From a virus: a stretch of 64,000 bases of DNA. The notes beneath the pieces are model-generated. The model did no database searches. It was not told the DNA's origin and was given only the letters and a program-made list of their open reading frames with translations. The stretch spans positions 1-64,000 of IMG/VR virus record IMGVR_UViG_3300000976_000012; one strand, 5' to 3'. A program made the translations under genes and the position numbers. Positions 27,372 to 37,428 of the stretch are shown piece after piece; positions within the stretch are counted from its first letter, which is position 1, and the number at the start of each line of letters is the position of its first letter.

Positions 27372-27400
27372 CTTCTAGAGCACCTCACATTTTACGTCAA
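27372..27400 (-). promoter_or_regulatory. cassette promoter (variant TTGACGTAAAAT)
   Basis: TTGACG-17-TAGAAG directly after the stop of the 566-aa fibre-like gene. Confidence 0.45.
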
Positions 27401-27406
27401 GACACC

Positions 27407-29107
27407 TTACTCGTCGGTGGTACGGATAACGGTTGCTGAACCGCCTGCCGAACCTAACGTGCCGGTAGTTTCAAACGGTTTGATGGGAGATGCCCCGCCA
27501 TCGCGTACCCGAATGAACAAAGGACGGTCAGCAAGGTAAACCGACGTGAAGCTTTCCGATGCCGACCCTGCTAACTTATCCACGTAGGATACGAATGCAT
27601 CGTTTCCAAGGTTGGCATTGTTACTACTGAAGTTAGCCACGTTAGGCACGGCTGCTTCAGATGCGGCGGGATCGATGGTGAACGTATCACCTGTATAGCT
27701 TGTATAAACAAGCCGATGCTCAAGGCCGTTGTTATCAACCACCCGAATTGTACCAACAGATGGGGTATCCGTTGGAATTGCGGCGTTCATCTGCACGGTT
27801 GTGATATTATCCGTGGTCAATGCAGCGGCCAATGAGAACTGATCCTTTTGCAATGAACCACCGCTTTCCGGTCCTACAAGAATACGATCCTCGGCTGGTA
27901 CAAGCCCAGACGTGGTGAATACCACGTTGTTTGGGGGAACCTGCTGGACATTGGCAAGATCGAATAGCTTGTCCGATGCGGTCAAATCGTTAGGGTCGAT
28001 GCCAAGGCCGTAAGAGCCGATAATGGATGAGCCGGTCGATGCACCTGCGAATGGGATAGAGATCGAACGGTCAGTTACGGTCACGTTGACCTCAGCTGTA
28101 GCAGCCGACGTTCCGCCCGTGATCACATCGTTATCCGATGGGGCACTACCTGATAGCAACTGTATCCACATCTTGGTGCCAGCGGTCGTGCTGTCGATTG
28201 CAAGCAACTGACCTGCGCCACCTGCCCATGTAACCCCTTCAGGTTCTTGGAACGTGCCAGTAGGGTTGTCGATGTCAATCTCATTGGTGATGCCTCGGAA
28301 CAACTCACCGGGAAGGCCATACACGGTCTCGACTGAGCCGTCACGGGTCAACCATTTGGTGCGCTCAAAGAAATCATTGATCGACTGCGGTCCTAAATCC
28401 CAATCCGAGTAGTAAAACTCGTCTGCGCCGTTGCCGTTAATGTCGAGACCAATATAGCCTTCATTCGAGTTCGTGATGCCTGTCATCAGCGCAACCGTAG
28501 CTTCGGCTGTCTGATTGTTCAGATCATCGCTCTCGGAAAGCGCAAGCACGTTGTTACCGCGCTGTGTGGCGTTGATGGAAAATTCAGAGTACGTCTTACC
28601 AAAGTTACGAGATGTACCGATCAAACGCCGGGTATCTATGTCGGCCCCACCGTCACGTACCTTAATCATAAAGCGATGCGAAATACCGGACGCTGCGTCT
28701 GAGTTCAAACCACCATTAGAGTTCCACCAATCATCCGCTATGATTGCGCCATTCTGTATGAGTTGTATTTGCGGACTATTACCGAAATTCACGATACCGT
28801 CATAGATCGTCGCGCCGGACGATTGAATGATCGATCCATCGTACAAATGCTCTGCTGCATTGTCGTCAATGTTATATCCATTGAGCAACGTGATAATGTT
28901 GTCAGTAGAACGATCCGATGGAGCGTCCTTGGTGATGTCCACCTGATCATCGCCAACAAACGACGCATCGTCTGCTAGACTTCCGAGCCAACGGTGGGCT
29001 TCGATTACAGTTGCGTAACTTGGTGACGACCCACCATGGTCATCACCTATGTAGCGGACGTTTTTGGTAGCTTGATCAACGCTCCAGTCAGTAGCGACTA
29101 TGGGCAT
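27407..29107 (-). CDS. tail fibre / virion structural protein, putative
   Basis: 566 aa, Gly/Ser/Thr/Asn-rich and beta-rich in composition. Adjacent to the 903-aa fibre-like gene. Confidence 0.5.
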   Translation of the reverse strand: MPIVATDWSVDQATKNVRYIGDDHGGSSPSYATVIEAHRWLGSLADDASFVGDDQVDITKDAPSDRSTDNIITLLNGYNIDDNAAEHLYDGSIIQSSGATIYDGIVNFGNSPQIQLIQNGAIIADDWWNSNGGLNSDAASGISHRFMIKVRDGGADIDTRRLIGTSRNFGKTYSEFSINATQRGNNVLALSESDDLNNQTAEATVALMTGITNSNEGYIGLDINGNGADEFYYSDWDLGPQSINDFFERTKWLTRDGSVETVYGLPGELFRGITNEIDIDNPTGTFQEPEGVTWAGGAGQLLAIDSTTAGTKMWIQLLSGSAPSDNDVITGGTSAATAEVNVTVTDRSISIPFAGASTGSSIIGSYGLGIDPNDLTASDKLFDLANVQQVPPNNVVFTTSGLVPAEDRILVGPESGGSLQKDQFSLAAALTTDNITTVQMNAAIPTDTPSVGTIRVVDNNGLEHRLVYTSYTGDTFTIDPAASEAAVPNVANFSSNNANLGNDAFVSYVDKLAGSASESFTSVYLADRPLFIRVRDGGASPIKPFETTGTLGSAGGSATVIRTTDE

Positions 29108-29181
29108 GTGCTGTCTCCTGATCTCTTTTGTATAATACGATGGAGACTTGTTTACTCAAATCATGTAGCTTACACAAGTGC

Positions 29182-31893
29182 CTAATCTGGTAGTTGGGAC
29201 ACAGACAAGGCATAACCAGTCTGGGTGATTGTCCCTGTTGTTTGAAATTGCTTGTAATAAGGGGCGCTAGACGACTTTCTTATTACTACTTTGATGGGCT
29301 GTCTGGCTGTAAACAAATAAGGAACCAGAACGGGGTCTGTCACTACCGATTCATTATATAACTCATCGCCTTGAGTAGCAGGCCCCCCTGCCAAAGCTTC
29401 TATGTAAATTCTGGAGCCCAGAACGGCCCCTAGTATTTCTAGGTTTAGCTGTAGACCGTTCACATCTTGAATAAACCCGGTAACGGTGGCTCCGTTAGAT
29501 AGTGTCACCGTTCCTGTACTTCTAACTGAGCCTGTGTACACGGTGGCTCGAAGTGTCACGGTTGAACCGTCAAAATCAAACGGGTCAGATGCGGTAGCGT
29601 CGATTACTAGATCATACTCACCACTATCAAATATATCACCTTCTCGAACACCCGGAAGGGTGTCTGTGGATGGTATTTCCAAGTTGGTAATCTTCCAAAG
29701 TTTCATTAAATCATACGCTTTAGCAGACGTGTCCGCGTTTGCGTACCCTGTTACAGTAACTTGAGATGTCTCTGTAACTAGAAAATCAGGAGCCAACTTC
29801 TGAGTTAGTTCTTTAACATTAGCGCCCTTTAGGGGCTCATCTAGGAATGGCTGATATTGGTGCAAATAAGACCAAATATGAATATCGAATAGATCACTAG
29901 AATTGTTATTCTTGCCGCGATAATCCCACGCATATCGCCCTGTATTCACGGCATCATTGGATGATCCGTTCTGTTGATCTGCAAAAGCGTTAGCGAGACG
30001 TACAGCGATCACGGGTGTTTGCCCAAATTGATCGGTTAGCTCTGTGTAAACACGATCTGCTAACTCATCAAAATTATTACCTTCATCGTCATAAACACGA
30101 CGGTCACCGTTGTCTGTGTCCCGAATGAAAACGACTGCATCAGGTACGGGCGTATTGGACTGGTCTATCAAGGATACGCGAATTTCCTCGTCAACCCTGA
30201 GACATCCAAAACTATTATTACTACCAATAATATGAGCACCTGTGTTTAATTGAGAACCGGTCACACTGTTGATTAAATAGGGGCGCGAACCTTGCCAGTG
30301 TTTAACGTCAATCACATTACCTCGGCCCCCTCCTGCATAATTGCGAACGATCACATCCTCATTCGGGGTCGCTCCAGAGAATGCTAACGCACCTCCACAA
30401 TGAGTAGTACGATAACCATTCAATTGCTGCTGCGTGCCAACAATTGTGAAATCCCCATTGACAAAATCAAAAGCCTCAGAGATGAAATCATCCGTCTCTT
30501 GACGTATCTGGTGTTGTTCCTCCGCAGTGTTATAGATCAGTTTGGCTTCAAGGCTATAGATGCGTACAGTGACACTATCTCCAAGAAAGCTGAATTTCCC
30601 GCTTTCCATGAAAATAACACCACCAAACCAATCAAAACGTGCGTTATCTACAAACTCCACACGGTCTGTGAATGAATTGACAGTACCTGTGTCCTCAAAA
30701 CGAATAGCAGTACCTGTGGAGTGCCGCCTAAAACCTTCGAAATCTATAGACCGGCCAACGATCAAATGCCCATTGCCTGTGACCCGGAAAAGTTCAGTGT
30801 TACCATCATAACCCATGAGTAATTCTTCAACCTCCGGGTCAATAAACAATTCACCAGTGACGTTCATCTGAAGAGAGCCGGTAGCAACATCGTACACGGT
30901 ACGGCCAGCCACTTGGCAGGCGGTTACTCCTGCGATTGCATCAAGCCCTTCAAGAGTACCACTCCCTGACTGAGTAATAATACCGCCAGCTAGGCTCCAT
31001 GTGCTTGCTCCAACAGGAAAATTGACGAACTCATCGTCGATAAATTGATATGGGTTAGGTGCGACAACATTTACACTACGCGTCTCTACTGTTTGATTTA
31101 AATCGGTATCTATAACTGTATAGGTAACGTCATAAGAGCCTATAACAGCCGTATCTACGGCATCTCCACCAACAACGATAGCTCCTGTGAGATCACCATC
31201 TTCCGTGTCTATTGCAGTAGCGCCCGGATCAATATAATTAGCACCAACTTCCAAAGTTAATGGATTATCACCTTGGATCGTAATTACAGGACTATCACCT
31301 ACTGAGTTAGCCACGCCCACAACAGTGATCGTATCCAACGCAAAGTCATTGTTCCATATGTCACCTGTTGTGCCAAGCGTAACAACCAAGCGAATACGGG
31401 TCTGAGCACTGCTCACCAACCCGGCAAGGTCAACATCACGCTCTATCCAGTTGGTACTCTGCTGTCCCGGTCCACCAAACAGGGGACCACGGTTAACCCA
31501 ACCTGCTCCTGCCTCATTAGTTTGGACCTGACACGTTGCTTCGTTTGCAGCACCATTCTGGTTAGTCCAAAAATTGATCGAAACACTGTTTGCATTAGCA
31601 TCTAAGTCTTGGTTCAACTCCACGGTGAAAACGTCACCAGCGGCAGCTGGAGAAGTCGCCTCGGTATAGATATAACCATCACCACCGACGCCTGTAGTTG
31701 AACCGACACCTCCTTGACCTCCAACTGGAGGACCGACCGCATTCGATCCCGATGCAGTGACATCAGTATCATGGCACCACCGCCGCGCAGTATTGGCAGG
31801 CTGTAACCCTGTGCCTACTGGATCAGAAAATACCCATTCTTGCGCATCTGCTCCGCCCTGCGTGTCAAATGTGTAAATGAAATTAAATGGCAT
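29182..31893 (-). CDS. large tail fibre / receptor-binding protein, putative
   Basis: 903 aa with an Ig-like segment DSPVITIQGDNPLTLEVGANYIDPGATAIDTEDGDLTG...YDVTYTVIDTDLN and beta-rich repeats. Confidence 0.6.
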   Translation of the reverse strand: MPFNFIYTFDTQGGADAQEWVFSDPVGTGLQPANTARRWCHDTDVTASGSNAVGPPVGGQGGVGSTTGVGGDGYIYTEATSPAAAGDVFTVELNQDLDANANSVSINFWTNQNGAANEATCQVQTNEAGAGWVNRGPLFGGPGQQSTNWIERDVDLAGLVSSAQTRIRLVVTLGTTGDIWNNDFALDTITVVGVANSVGDSPVITIQGDNPLTLEVGANYIDPGATAIDTEDGDLTGAIVVGGDAVDTAVIGSYDVTYTVIDTDLNQTVETRSVNVVAPNPYQFIDDEFVNFPVGASTWSLAGGIITQSGSGTLEGLDAIAGVTACQVAGRTVYDVATGSLQMNVTGELFIDPEVEELLMGYDGNTELFRVTGNGHLIVGRSIDFEGFRRHSTGTAIRFEDTGTVNSFTDRVEFVDNARFDWFGGVIFMESGKFSFLGDSVTVRIYSLEAKLIYNTAEEQHQIRQETDDFISEAFDFVNGDFTIVGTQQQLNGYRTTHCGGALAFSGATPNEDVIVRNYAGGGRGNVIDVKHWQGSRPYLINSVTGSQLNTGAHIIGSNNSFGCLRVDEEIRVSLIDQSNTPVPDAVVFIRDTDNGDRRVYDDEGNNFDELADRVYTELTDQFGQTPVIAVRLANAFADQQNGSSNDAVNTGRYAWDYRGKNNNSSDLFDIHIWSYLHQYQPFLDEPLKGANVKELTQKLAPDFLVTETSQVTVTGYANADTSAKAYDLMKLWKITNLEIPSTDTLPGVREGDIFDSGEYDLVIDATASDPFDFDGSTVTLRATVYTGSVRSTGTVTLSNGATVTGFIQDVNGLQLNLEILGAVLGSRIYIEALAGGPATQGDELYNESVVTDPVLVPYLFTARQPIKVVIRKSSSAPYYKQFQTTGTITQTGYALSVSQLPD

Positions 31894-31915
31894 AGATCGT
31901 GATCCCTAATAATGC

Positions 31916-31929
31916 TGCAACCCGTTGCA
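31916..31929. repeat. 14-bp palindromic motif copy 9
   Basis: Intergenic, 6 nt after the HNH stop and 23 nt upstream of the fibre ATG at 31893. Confidence 0.9.
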
Positions 31930-31934
31930 CCGGG

Positions 31935-32378
31935 CTAGTAAAGCCAGAGTATATGGTCTCCCTCGGAAAACGGCAATAAGAATACGTGATCCGAGACGGG
32001 AATACCCAAGTCACCTTTGCGCCCTTCGATCCTGCGACGCTGGTTCTCACCCGCTTCCACAAGCTCAAGATGCGCGGGATTAACACACAATGCGTTCTCA
32101 CACTTATGATCAAGGTTCATTCCGGCTGGCACCCGCATGGGTAGGGTGCGTGGTACTATTCCAGTTAGCCATGCGATATAAACGTGCGCCCGGACGCCCC
32201 CTGTAACCACACCACCCGGATTGAATGTTCCGTATATAGCCCGTGATGAAAATCTCTGCCCGCCACGGCTCTTGCCTCCTGTCCATTGCCAGCATCCTGT
32301 ATCAGGGTCCTCCTCAATATAATTGGTGAAGCGATTGACCACCTCGCATACATCTGGTTGGCGATCCTTGACACACAT
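31935..32378 (-). CDS. HNH homing endonuclease
   Basis: CWQWTGGKSRGGQ...LDHKCENALCVNPAHLELV is an HNH_3-type core. Confidence 0.75.
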   Translation of the reverse strand: MCVKDRQPDVCEVVNRFTNYIEEDPDTGCWQWTGGKSRGGQRFSSRAIYGTFNPGGVVTGGVRAHVYIAWLTGIVPRTLPMRVPAGMNLDHKCENALCVNPAHLELVEAGENQRRRIEGRKGDLGIPVSDHVFLLPFSEGDHILWLY

Positions 32379-32857
32379 CAGTCTAAGTCCAGTGTCACAC
32401 CGCGCTTATCAGTGCCTTTGTCGGACCTAGGTGTTTTCGTCGGCTTCATTGGATGATCCGGGAATGACGGCTGACTAGACAGCCCATCAAACATATACGA
32501 TCTCTCAGGCAATGATTGTCGTTGTGGGCGACGCGGTATAGATAATGCCTCCATTTCAGCTACAGCGTACAGCGTAATGGTTTGCCGCGTCTGTTCTTGT
32601 TGCATTTCCTGAACACGATACTGAACTCCATCATGTTCTAGGTAAAAATCGCCAGACTGCATATACGCAATCAATTGGTATGCGTTAGCACCATTATTAT
32701 CCTTCATATACTGGTCTATCTCTAGTCGCATAGTGTGGCGAGTACCTGTAACAACGCGCTGTGAGCCGCCTCCGATAAAATTCCTATTGACCCCATCAAG
32801 CTCGGTGCTCAACTCTAAGTTGATGTACGGAATATCCTCAACATTAATCGTCGTCAT
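32378..32857 (-). CDS. hypothetical protein
   Basis: Start moved to ATG 32857 with a GGGAGGG SD. 159 aa. Confidence 0.5.
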   Translation of the reverse strand: MTTINVEDIPYINLELSTELDGVNRNFIGGGSQRVVTGTRHTMRLEIDQYMKDNNGANAYQLIAYMQSGDFYLEHDGVQYRVQEMQQEQTRQTITLYAVAEMEALSIPRRPQRQSLPERSYMFDGLSSQPSFPDHPMKPTKTPRSDKGTDKRGVTLDLD

Positions 32858-33605
32858 TGAAGCCCTCCCAATGCTCAACGTCTGTTCCCGGATTGGCCAA
32901 TAGATAATCACGAATTTGGTGCTTCACGTCAACCGGGTAATGGCCAGCCTGTCTGTTGCACTTGGCGTGTGCCAGCGTCAGATTATGTTCGTCGTCCACT
33001 GTCTTTAATAATTGAGCAACGCGACGCGCTTCTCTTAACAGCCGTTTCTGCTTCCGGGTCAGCGACGTGCCCTCCTCCATCAGCTTGGTGAAGCTCTCAA
33101 CCCTCTGCTTGGCCGTCTTGTACTGCTTCTTGGATACAAGATGCTCAATAGTGATGTCGTCACCGCCGTCTTCTGCGCAGCCGATCATGGTGTGGCCGCA
33201 ATACCAGCAATCGTCGCCGTCTCGCATAAGGAGCCGAGGCGTCATACGTTTGTTCAGTGACTTGGACGGCTGGCGCTTCGGTTCTTTGTATCCGTCCGGA
33301 CGCGTCACCTTGGGCAGCTTCTTGCCTGCAATAAACGTATCCCAATGGAGCCGGGTATCCTGCGTCCACGTGAGTGCCCCGTTTGTCTTGCGGTACACAA
33401 TCTGTGTGACCATCTTGAATTTGCCCTTGACGATCTTCGGCACACGGTATCGCAGCACCTCGTATTCGTTTGTAGGTTTGTCCCTCTCGCACCCGCACGC
33501 TTCCAGCCACTTCACGAACTCATCACCGCGCTGTTGTAAGGTCTTCGTGATTTTGAGACTGGAGCCGTAAACTTCAGTCATATCGATGTGATATTTGAAG
33601 TTCAT
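32844..33605 (-). CDS. HNH endonuclease with N-terminal extension
   Basis: DGDDCWYCGHTM...ITIEHLVSKK...LTLAHAKCN matches an HNH core. Confidence 0.7.
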   Translation of the reverse strand: MNFKYHIDMTEVYGSSLKITKTLQQRGDEFVKWLEACGCERDKPTNEYEVLRYRVPKIVKGKFKMVTQIVYRKTNGALTWTQDTRLHWDTFIAGKKLPKVTRPDGYKEPKRQPSKSLNKRMTPRLLMRDGDDCWYCGHTMIGCAEDGGDDITIEHLVSKKQYKTAKQRVESFTKLMEEGTSLTRKQKRLLREARRVAQLLKTVDDEHNLTLAHAKCNRQAGHYPVDVKHQIRDYLLANPGTDVEHWEGFNDDD

Positions 33606-34204
33606 GCTTTCATAAGTTCCTTCAGATGTGACAGTAGCTGGATCACTCGATCTTCTGCCATATGCTCATATAGCCCGCCCAGCGACGATGGTTCTTTATC
33701 AAAGCCGGGTACGAATGTGGACGTCGGTACATCAATAGGAACCGTGTCGGCAAACTGATATAGCATAATCACCGTGTCATCATTGACCGCAATGGTGTGA
33801 ATTTCGTCGGCTCGACAATAGTAACTTTGACCCGTTTCATATCGCTCTTCTGCCACGCGCTCAAGATCGACTTCTCCAATCCACTCAAATCCATTGCCGT
33901 CAAGCAAGGGAGTTCTCCAATCAAACTTTTGATACCTAGTCATATCGTTCGGCAACATGTGACGCCTGACCGGGTGTTGGCTATATCTATAGTGGCCGGA
34001 CTGACCGGCAAGCACTTGCGTGTGGAATGGGTATCGATGATCGTGGGGGCATATTACTTCTGGAGCGGTTTGCCCACCTCTTTCAAAGAAGTACACTTTA
34101 ATGGTTAGTTCTTCTGACCTGTGCACGCACAAATAATCCAACCCCTTAGTGTGGAAATTGGAAAAACTATTACGGGCCATCACCTCTATTGGGTCATAAA
34201 TCAT
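33602..34204 (-). CDS. cupin-like metalloprotein (paralog A)
   Basis: CPHDHRYPFHTQVLAG and ADEIHT motifs are shared with 41923..42519. Confidence 0.5.
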   Translation of the reverse strand: MIYDPIEVMARNSFSNFHTKGLDYLCVHRSEELTIKVYFFERGGQTAPEVICPHDHRYPFHTQVLAGQSGHYRYSQHPVRRHMLPNDMTRYQKFDWRTPLLDGNGFEWIGEVDLERVAEERYETGQSYYCRADEIHTIAVNDDTVIMLYQFADTVPIDVPTSTFVPGFDKEPSSLGGLYEHMAEDRVIQLLSHLKELMKA

Positions 34205-34551
34205 AGGTGCACCGCTCTTTTTGTGGACAAAGGTGCCGCCTGCCTTTTCTTAGCCAAAACCCTGTTCAGCCACGTATCTTCGTCTTCATCAGTTTCAAAT
34301 TCAAAAAAAAGGATATCATAATCAGTGTCGATTTCATCTTCTCTACCATGATCCCACCAATCATTTGTTGTAAAAGAGTTAATACTAACAATATGTAAGT
34401 CTCCAAAACGATTTTTATAACCGTCTCGACAGTGATATCTCGTGGATAATTCTGCTAAAAAAGGAGGTAAACCAACGCCATCATGTGCCCATACCCTAGG
34501 GTCTAATGCGCGAATAAATTTCCTACCTACACAGATGACACTGTCAGTCAT
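34201..34551 (-). CDS. hypothetical protein, C-terminal KRAVHL
   Basis: 116 aa with ATGA overlaps at both ends. Confidence 0.55.
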   Translation of the reverse strand: MTDSVICVGRKFIRALDPRVWAHDGVGLPPFLAELSTRYHCRDGYKNRFGDLHIVSINSFTTNDWWDHGREDEIDTDYDILFFEFETDEDEDTWLNRVLAKKRQAAPLSTKRAVHL

Positions 34552-34958
34552 AGGTGAATTGCCCTTCTTAAGCGCTCTTCTTCAAGCACTGCTGCTTTGC
34601 GGTCTCGGTTCATATTATTGGCCTGTTCTTGCATTTGTACTTTCTCTAATGCTCGCTGTTCGGCAAGATCAACACCAGCACGCATGGCTTCGTCCATACT
34701 CAGGCTAGTGGAAATACGTCTGAGATCACCACTCAACAATCGAGAATAGAATGTATCATAATCAATTACAGTAACTCCACTGTGTCTCGCCTCAGTAGCC
34801 TTGCGGGTGTCTGTCCTAGATGCGACTAAGATGGTACTTGCACCATACGCACTATCCACAATATAATGGCCTTCATTGCGCGCCATGGTTGACCACGTGA
34901 CACGGTCCATGAATACCCCGTTTAGGTTACCTCTTCCTGTGAAACATATGGCTGCCAT
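34548..34958 (-). CDS. BRCT-domain-like protein, C-terminal RRAIHL
   Basis: AICFTGRGNLNG...STILVASRTDTRKATEARHSGVTVIDYDTFYSRL resembles a BRCT fold. Confidence 0.5.
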   Translation of the reverse strand: MAAICFTGRGNLNGVFMDRVTWSTMARNEGHYIVDSAYGASTILVASRTDTRKATEARHSGVTVIDYDTFYSRLLSGDLRRISTSLSMDEAMRAGVDLAEQRALEKVQMQEQANNMNRDRKAAVLEEERLRRAIHL

Positions 34959-34983
34959 TGTTCAATTCCCTTTCGACATGATT

Positions 34984-35012
34984 ACAATAGCGTAGCTGAC
35001 ATTTTATGTCAA
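34984..35012 (-). promoter_or_regulatory. cassette promoter
   Basis: TTGACATAAAAT with a -10 TATTGT at 17 nt. The palindrome lies 9 nt upstream. Confidence 0.6.
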
Positions 35013-35021
35013 GCGAAACAG

Positions 35022-35035
35022 TGCAACGGGTTGCA
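35022..35035. repeat. 14-bp palindromic motif copy 10
   Basis: Intergenic, 5 nt after the stop at 35040 and 9 nt upstream of the -35. Confidence 0.9.
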
Positions 35036-35039
35036 CGCA

Positions 35040-35636
35040 TCACACTCCTATAATAACGGCTCGTTTGCCTGTCCGATCTTCCGGTGCCCTGCCGTACAGG
35101 CGCTCATTCACTCGGCGCTCGACTTCGGCTTCGAGGTTACCTTCCTTGAGAGAATACTCGGCAACCATATTTTCCATGGCTGTCTCCATTTCACTCATCT
35201 GTAGTTGTGCAGCGGTCTTCTCCGCCATGGCGTGCATGATCTCATCTTGGCAACGCTGCTTAACTGCGTGCACTTCTGCACGGGCCTCATTCTGTGCCAC
35301 CGCCGTAGCGGCTTCCATAGCCGTGTCTTCAGCAGCAACCATCTTTCGGTTAGCCATGGCGTTGATCTCATCAAACAACGCACTCCGCTGCGACGCAGCG
35401 TCTCCCCATAGTATCGTGTCCAATACCAGCAATACATTCTCGATCTCATAGAAGTTATGGTTCTTCTCATCGCAGTACCGGGTATAAGCATCGTCCTCAC
35501 GCTCTTCCTTATCCTCTATGTCTTCGTCTTCCATGTTGGACAGGGGGAATTCCATCAGCCCACGCAACCGCTCTAGCGCAGCCTTCATATCAGGCACCCA
35601 CTTAGCCAATAGTGCTTGATACTCTGAAGGTGACAT
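35040..35636 (-). CDS. hypothetical coiled-coil protein
   Basis: 198 aa. C-terminus GKRAVIIGV is a variant tag. Confidence 0.6.
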   Translation of the reverse strand: MSPSEYQALLAKWVPDMKAALERLRGLMEFPLSNMEDEDIEDKEEREDDAYTRYCDEKNHNFYEIENVLLVLDTILWGDAASQRSALFDEINAMANRKMVAAEDTAMEAATAVAQNEARAEVHAVKQRCQDEIMHAMAEKTAAQLQMSEMETAMENMVAEYSLKEGNLEAEVERRVNERLYGRAPEDRTGKRAVIIGV

Positions 35637-35950
35637 TATTGCCCCGGTGGTATTTGATAAGTGTACAGTCCGCGATGAACGTGCCTCTTATCTACTCGGT
35701 AACCGCCAAAGCGTTCTTTTCGGAGATTGCGTAACTGAGCAGATATGGAAGCGGGCGGGTCTCCGGTAACTTCTGCTATTTGATCCAGCGTGCGCCACTG
35801 GCCGTCCAACATGAGGTCTCTAACCCTTCGTATCTGCTCGGTTAAACGCCTAGTTGCATCCGGGTTCATATCTGGCCCACTGAAATCAAGGTTCGGTCGT
35901 ATTCTTCTGCGGCGTGATCGCGGGTTCACTTGCTCTGGATCATACGTCAT
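35636..35950 (-). CDS. winged-helix DNA-binding protein, putative
   Basis: Start set at ATG 35950 (ATGA overlap). WRTLDQIAEVTGDPPASISAQLRNLRKERFGGYRV looks wHTH-like. N-terminus has VNPRSRRRRIRP. Confidence 0.55.
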   Translation of the reverse strand: MTYDPEQVNPRSRRRRIRPNLDFSGPDMNPDATRRLTEQIRRVRDLMLDGQWRTLDQIAEVTGDPPASISAQLRNLRKERFGGYRVDKRHVHRGLYTYQIPPGQ

Positions 35951-36168
35951 TTGAATGTCCTCCCTGTTCGGTTTACCAGCCACTCAGCAACCCGGACAAG
36001 CGGGTGCTCTTGCAGCACGTAACCCATGTCTCGTATCGCCAGATGGAACGCCATGGATTGCGAGGCATAGGTATCAGCCACTACCTTGATATTGTCCAAC
36101 GTCCGGGGCACGCCCCATCTGCGACACATGATCCGGGCAGCGCGCCATTGATGATCACCGCCCCTCAC
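35947..36168 (-). CDS. hypothetical protein
   Basis: 73 aa. GTG start in a GTGA overlap, ATGA overlap at the 3' end. Confidence 0.45.
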   Translation of the reverse strand: MRGGDHQWRAARIMCRRWGVPRTLDNIKVVADTYASQSMAFHLAIRDMGYVLQEHPLVRVAEWLVNRTGRTFK

Positions 36169-36458
36169 AGCGCGATCGCTCTCTTATTCGTAACAGGTGG
36201 GATGTATGGCTCACGTCTGTAATTCGGGTCTCCGGTCGGATCATACTTCTCGACAGCGATCATCCGGGGGATGCCCTCACAATGCTCCGCTGTGGTGGTG
36301 CGCTCTTCGCCAGCCGGGTTCATCACGGGGATGCTATTCCGGTCCATCGGATTGAGTGACGTCACTTCGTATATGGTTTCGTCTTGTGGCAGGCTGGGGA
36401 TCACTTGGTCCAGTGTCACCTTCTCGCCAATGAAGCGTCCGTAGTGTGTGCCGTTCAT
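36165..36458 (-). CDS. hypothetical protein, C-terminal KRAIAL
   Basis: 97-aa ORF overlapping its neighbours by 4 nt. Confidence 0.55.
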   Translation of the reverse strand: MNGTHYGRFIGEKVTLDQVIPSLPQDETIYEVTSLNPMDRNSIPVMNPAGEERTTTAEHCEGIPRMIAVEKYDPTGDPNYRREPYIPPVTNKRAIAL

Positions 36459-36640
36459 GATCCGTCTCCGACGTAGGGGCCGTCCGGCTGGTAGTGTGGT
36501 TCAGAGCACCACTCATATAGGTCGTTTGTTTGTCGGCAGTCGATCCTGCCTTGCTTGATCATGCCAACGTGGAACGATAGCAGGAATGCAATGCCTACCA
36601 GTACCAGTGCTGTATTCAATATGGTGAAGTGTTTTCTCAT
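36455..36640 (-). CDS. small membrane protein
   Basis: Start moved to ATG 36640, after the leader GTCGAAAGGGAGAACTCAT. TM helix FTILNTALVLVGIAFLLSF. Confidence 0.5.
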   Translation of the reverse strand: MRKHFTILNTALVLVGIAFLLSFHVGMIKQGRIDCRQTNDLYEWCSEPHYQPDGPYVGDGS

Positions 36641-36665
36641 ATGAGTTCTCCCTTTCGACACTCCA

Positions 36666-36694
36666 TATATGCCATAGCCGACATTTTATGTCAA
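36666..36694 (-). promoter_or_regulatory. cassette promoter
   Basis: TTGACATAAAAT with a -10 CATATA at 17 nt. Confidence 0.55.
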
Positions 36695-36769
36695 GCAAAA
36701 AGCATAAAGGGAGCACCGATTTCTCGACGCCCCCTGCGACCCTTCCGGGTTACTTGTTCGTGGTAGCGA

Positions 36770-36922
36770 TCAACGCAGATCGGTATTGTGGTCTTCACCA
36801 TCTCTGCGCCCGCGCCCGCCTGAGCCACTTCCACCACTTGGGCGGTTATTGGTTTTCTTCACGCGGGTGTAGATGAAATAGCCGAATGCCACGAGTGCGA
36901 CGGCTGCGATTGCGTATTCCAT
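36770..36922 (-). CDS. small membrane protein (below the ORF-track cutoff)
   Basis: My translation: MEYAIAAVALVAFGYFIYTRVKKTNNRPSGGSGSGGRGRRDGEDHNTDLR. AGGAG SD 6 nt upstream. Confidence 0.4.
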   Translation of the reverse strand: MEYAIAAVALVAFGYFIYTRVKKTNNRPSGGSGSGGRGRRDGEDHNTDLR

Positions 36923-36996
36923 GTGCTTGCTCCTGTTATTGGAAACTCATGTCTAGCAGGTCGAGGCCGTCTTGACAATGATTACAGGTTGTACGC

Positions 36997-37428
36997 TCAC
37001 CGAATACCTGTTTGGATATAGGCCGCGCAAACTTGTCCCGTTAATAACATATAGCGATCAGGTACGCCGCGAACAGAGCCGAACGTAATGACTTTATCAG
37101 GTAGACCACTGGCGACTTCTTTGATCTGATCCGCTGTCATGTCTGGGTGAAGTGCGGATGTGTAATATCGCAGCGTATCATCACACGTTTGGGTGATCCG
37201 GATCAGGGCAAGTTCGGAAACCGCCGTGCCATCGGTGTCTTGAGCAACGGCCCACACACCATTGGGGCGTACCATGTCCATTGCCGATTGCGGCTGGACT
37301 TCAGTTGCTTCTGCAACCTGCACCATCTCGACCGGATCATCCGGTACGGCCTCCTGTGCTGCAACCGGGTGCACGGCAACGGCCAGTGCGAGAGACGCCA
37401 TAGCGGCAATTCGAGTAAACATTTTCAT
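36997..37428 (-). CDS. secreted/periplasmic protein, putative
   Basis: Start moved to ATG 37428 (AGGAAGGA SD). Signal-peptide-like MKMFTRIAAMASLALAVAVHPVAAQEA. Confidence 0.55.
   Translation of the reverse strand: MKMFTRIAAMASLALAVAVHPVAAQEAVPDDPVEMVQVAEATEVQPQSAMDMVRPNGVWAVAQDTDGTAVSELALIRITQTCDDTLRYYTSALHPDMTADQIKEVASGLPDKVITFGSVRGVPDRYMLLTGQVCAAYIQTGIR

Noticed and set aside
31883-32374. Nested ORFs 31883..32113, 32110..32295 and 32165..32374 inside the HNH gene region. Similar nested ORFs elsewhere include 2753..2938, 3786..4028 and 9012..9263.
   Set aside because: They are alternative frames of longer, motif-supported genes and have no independent signals.
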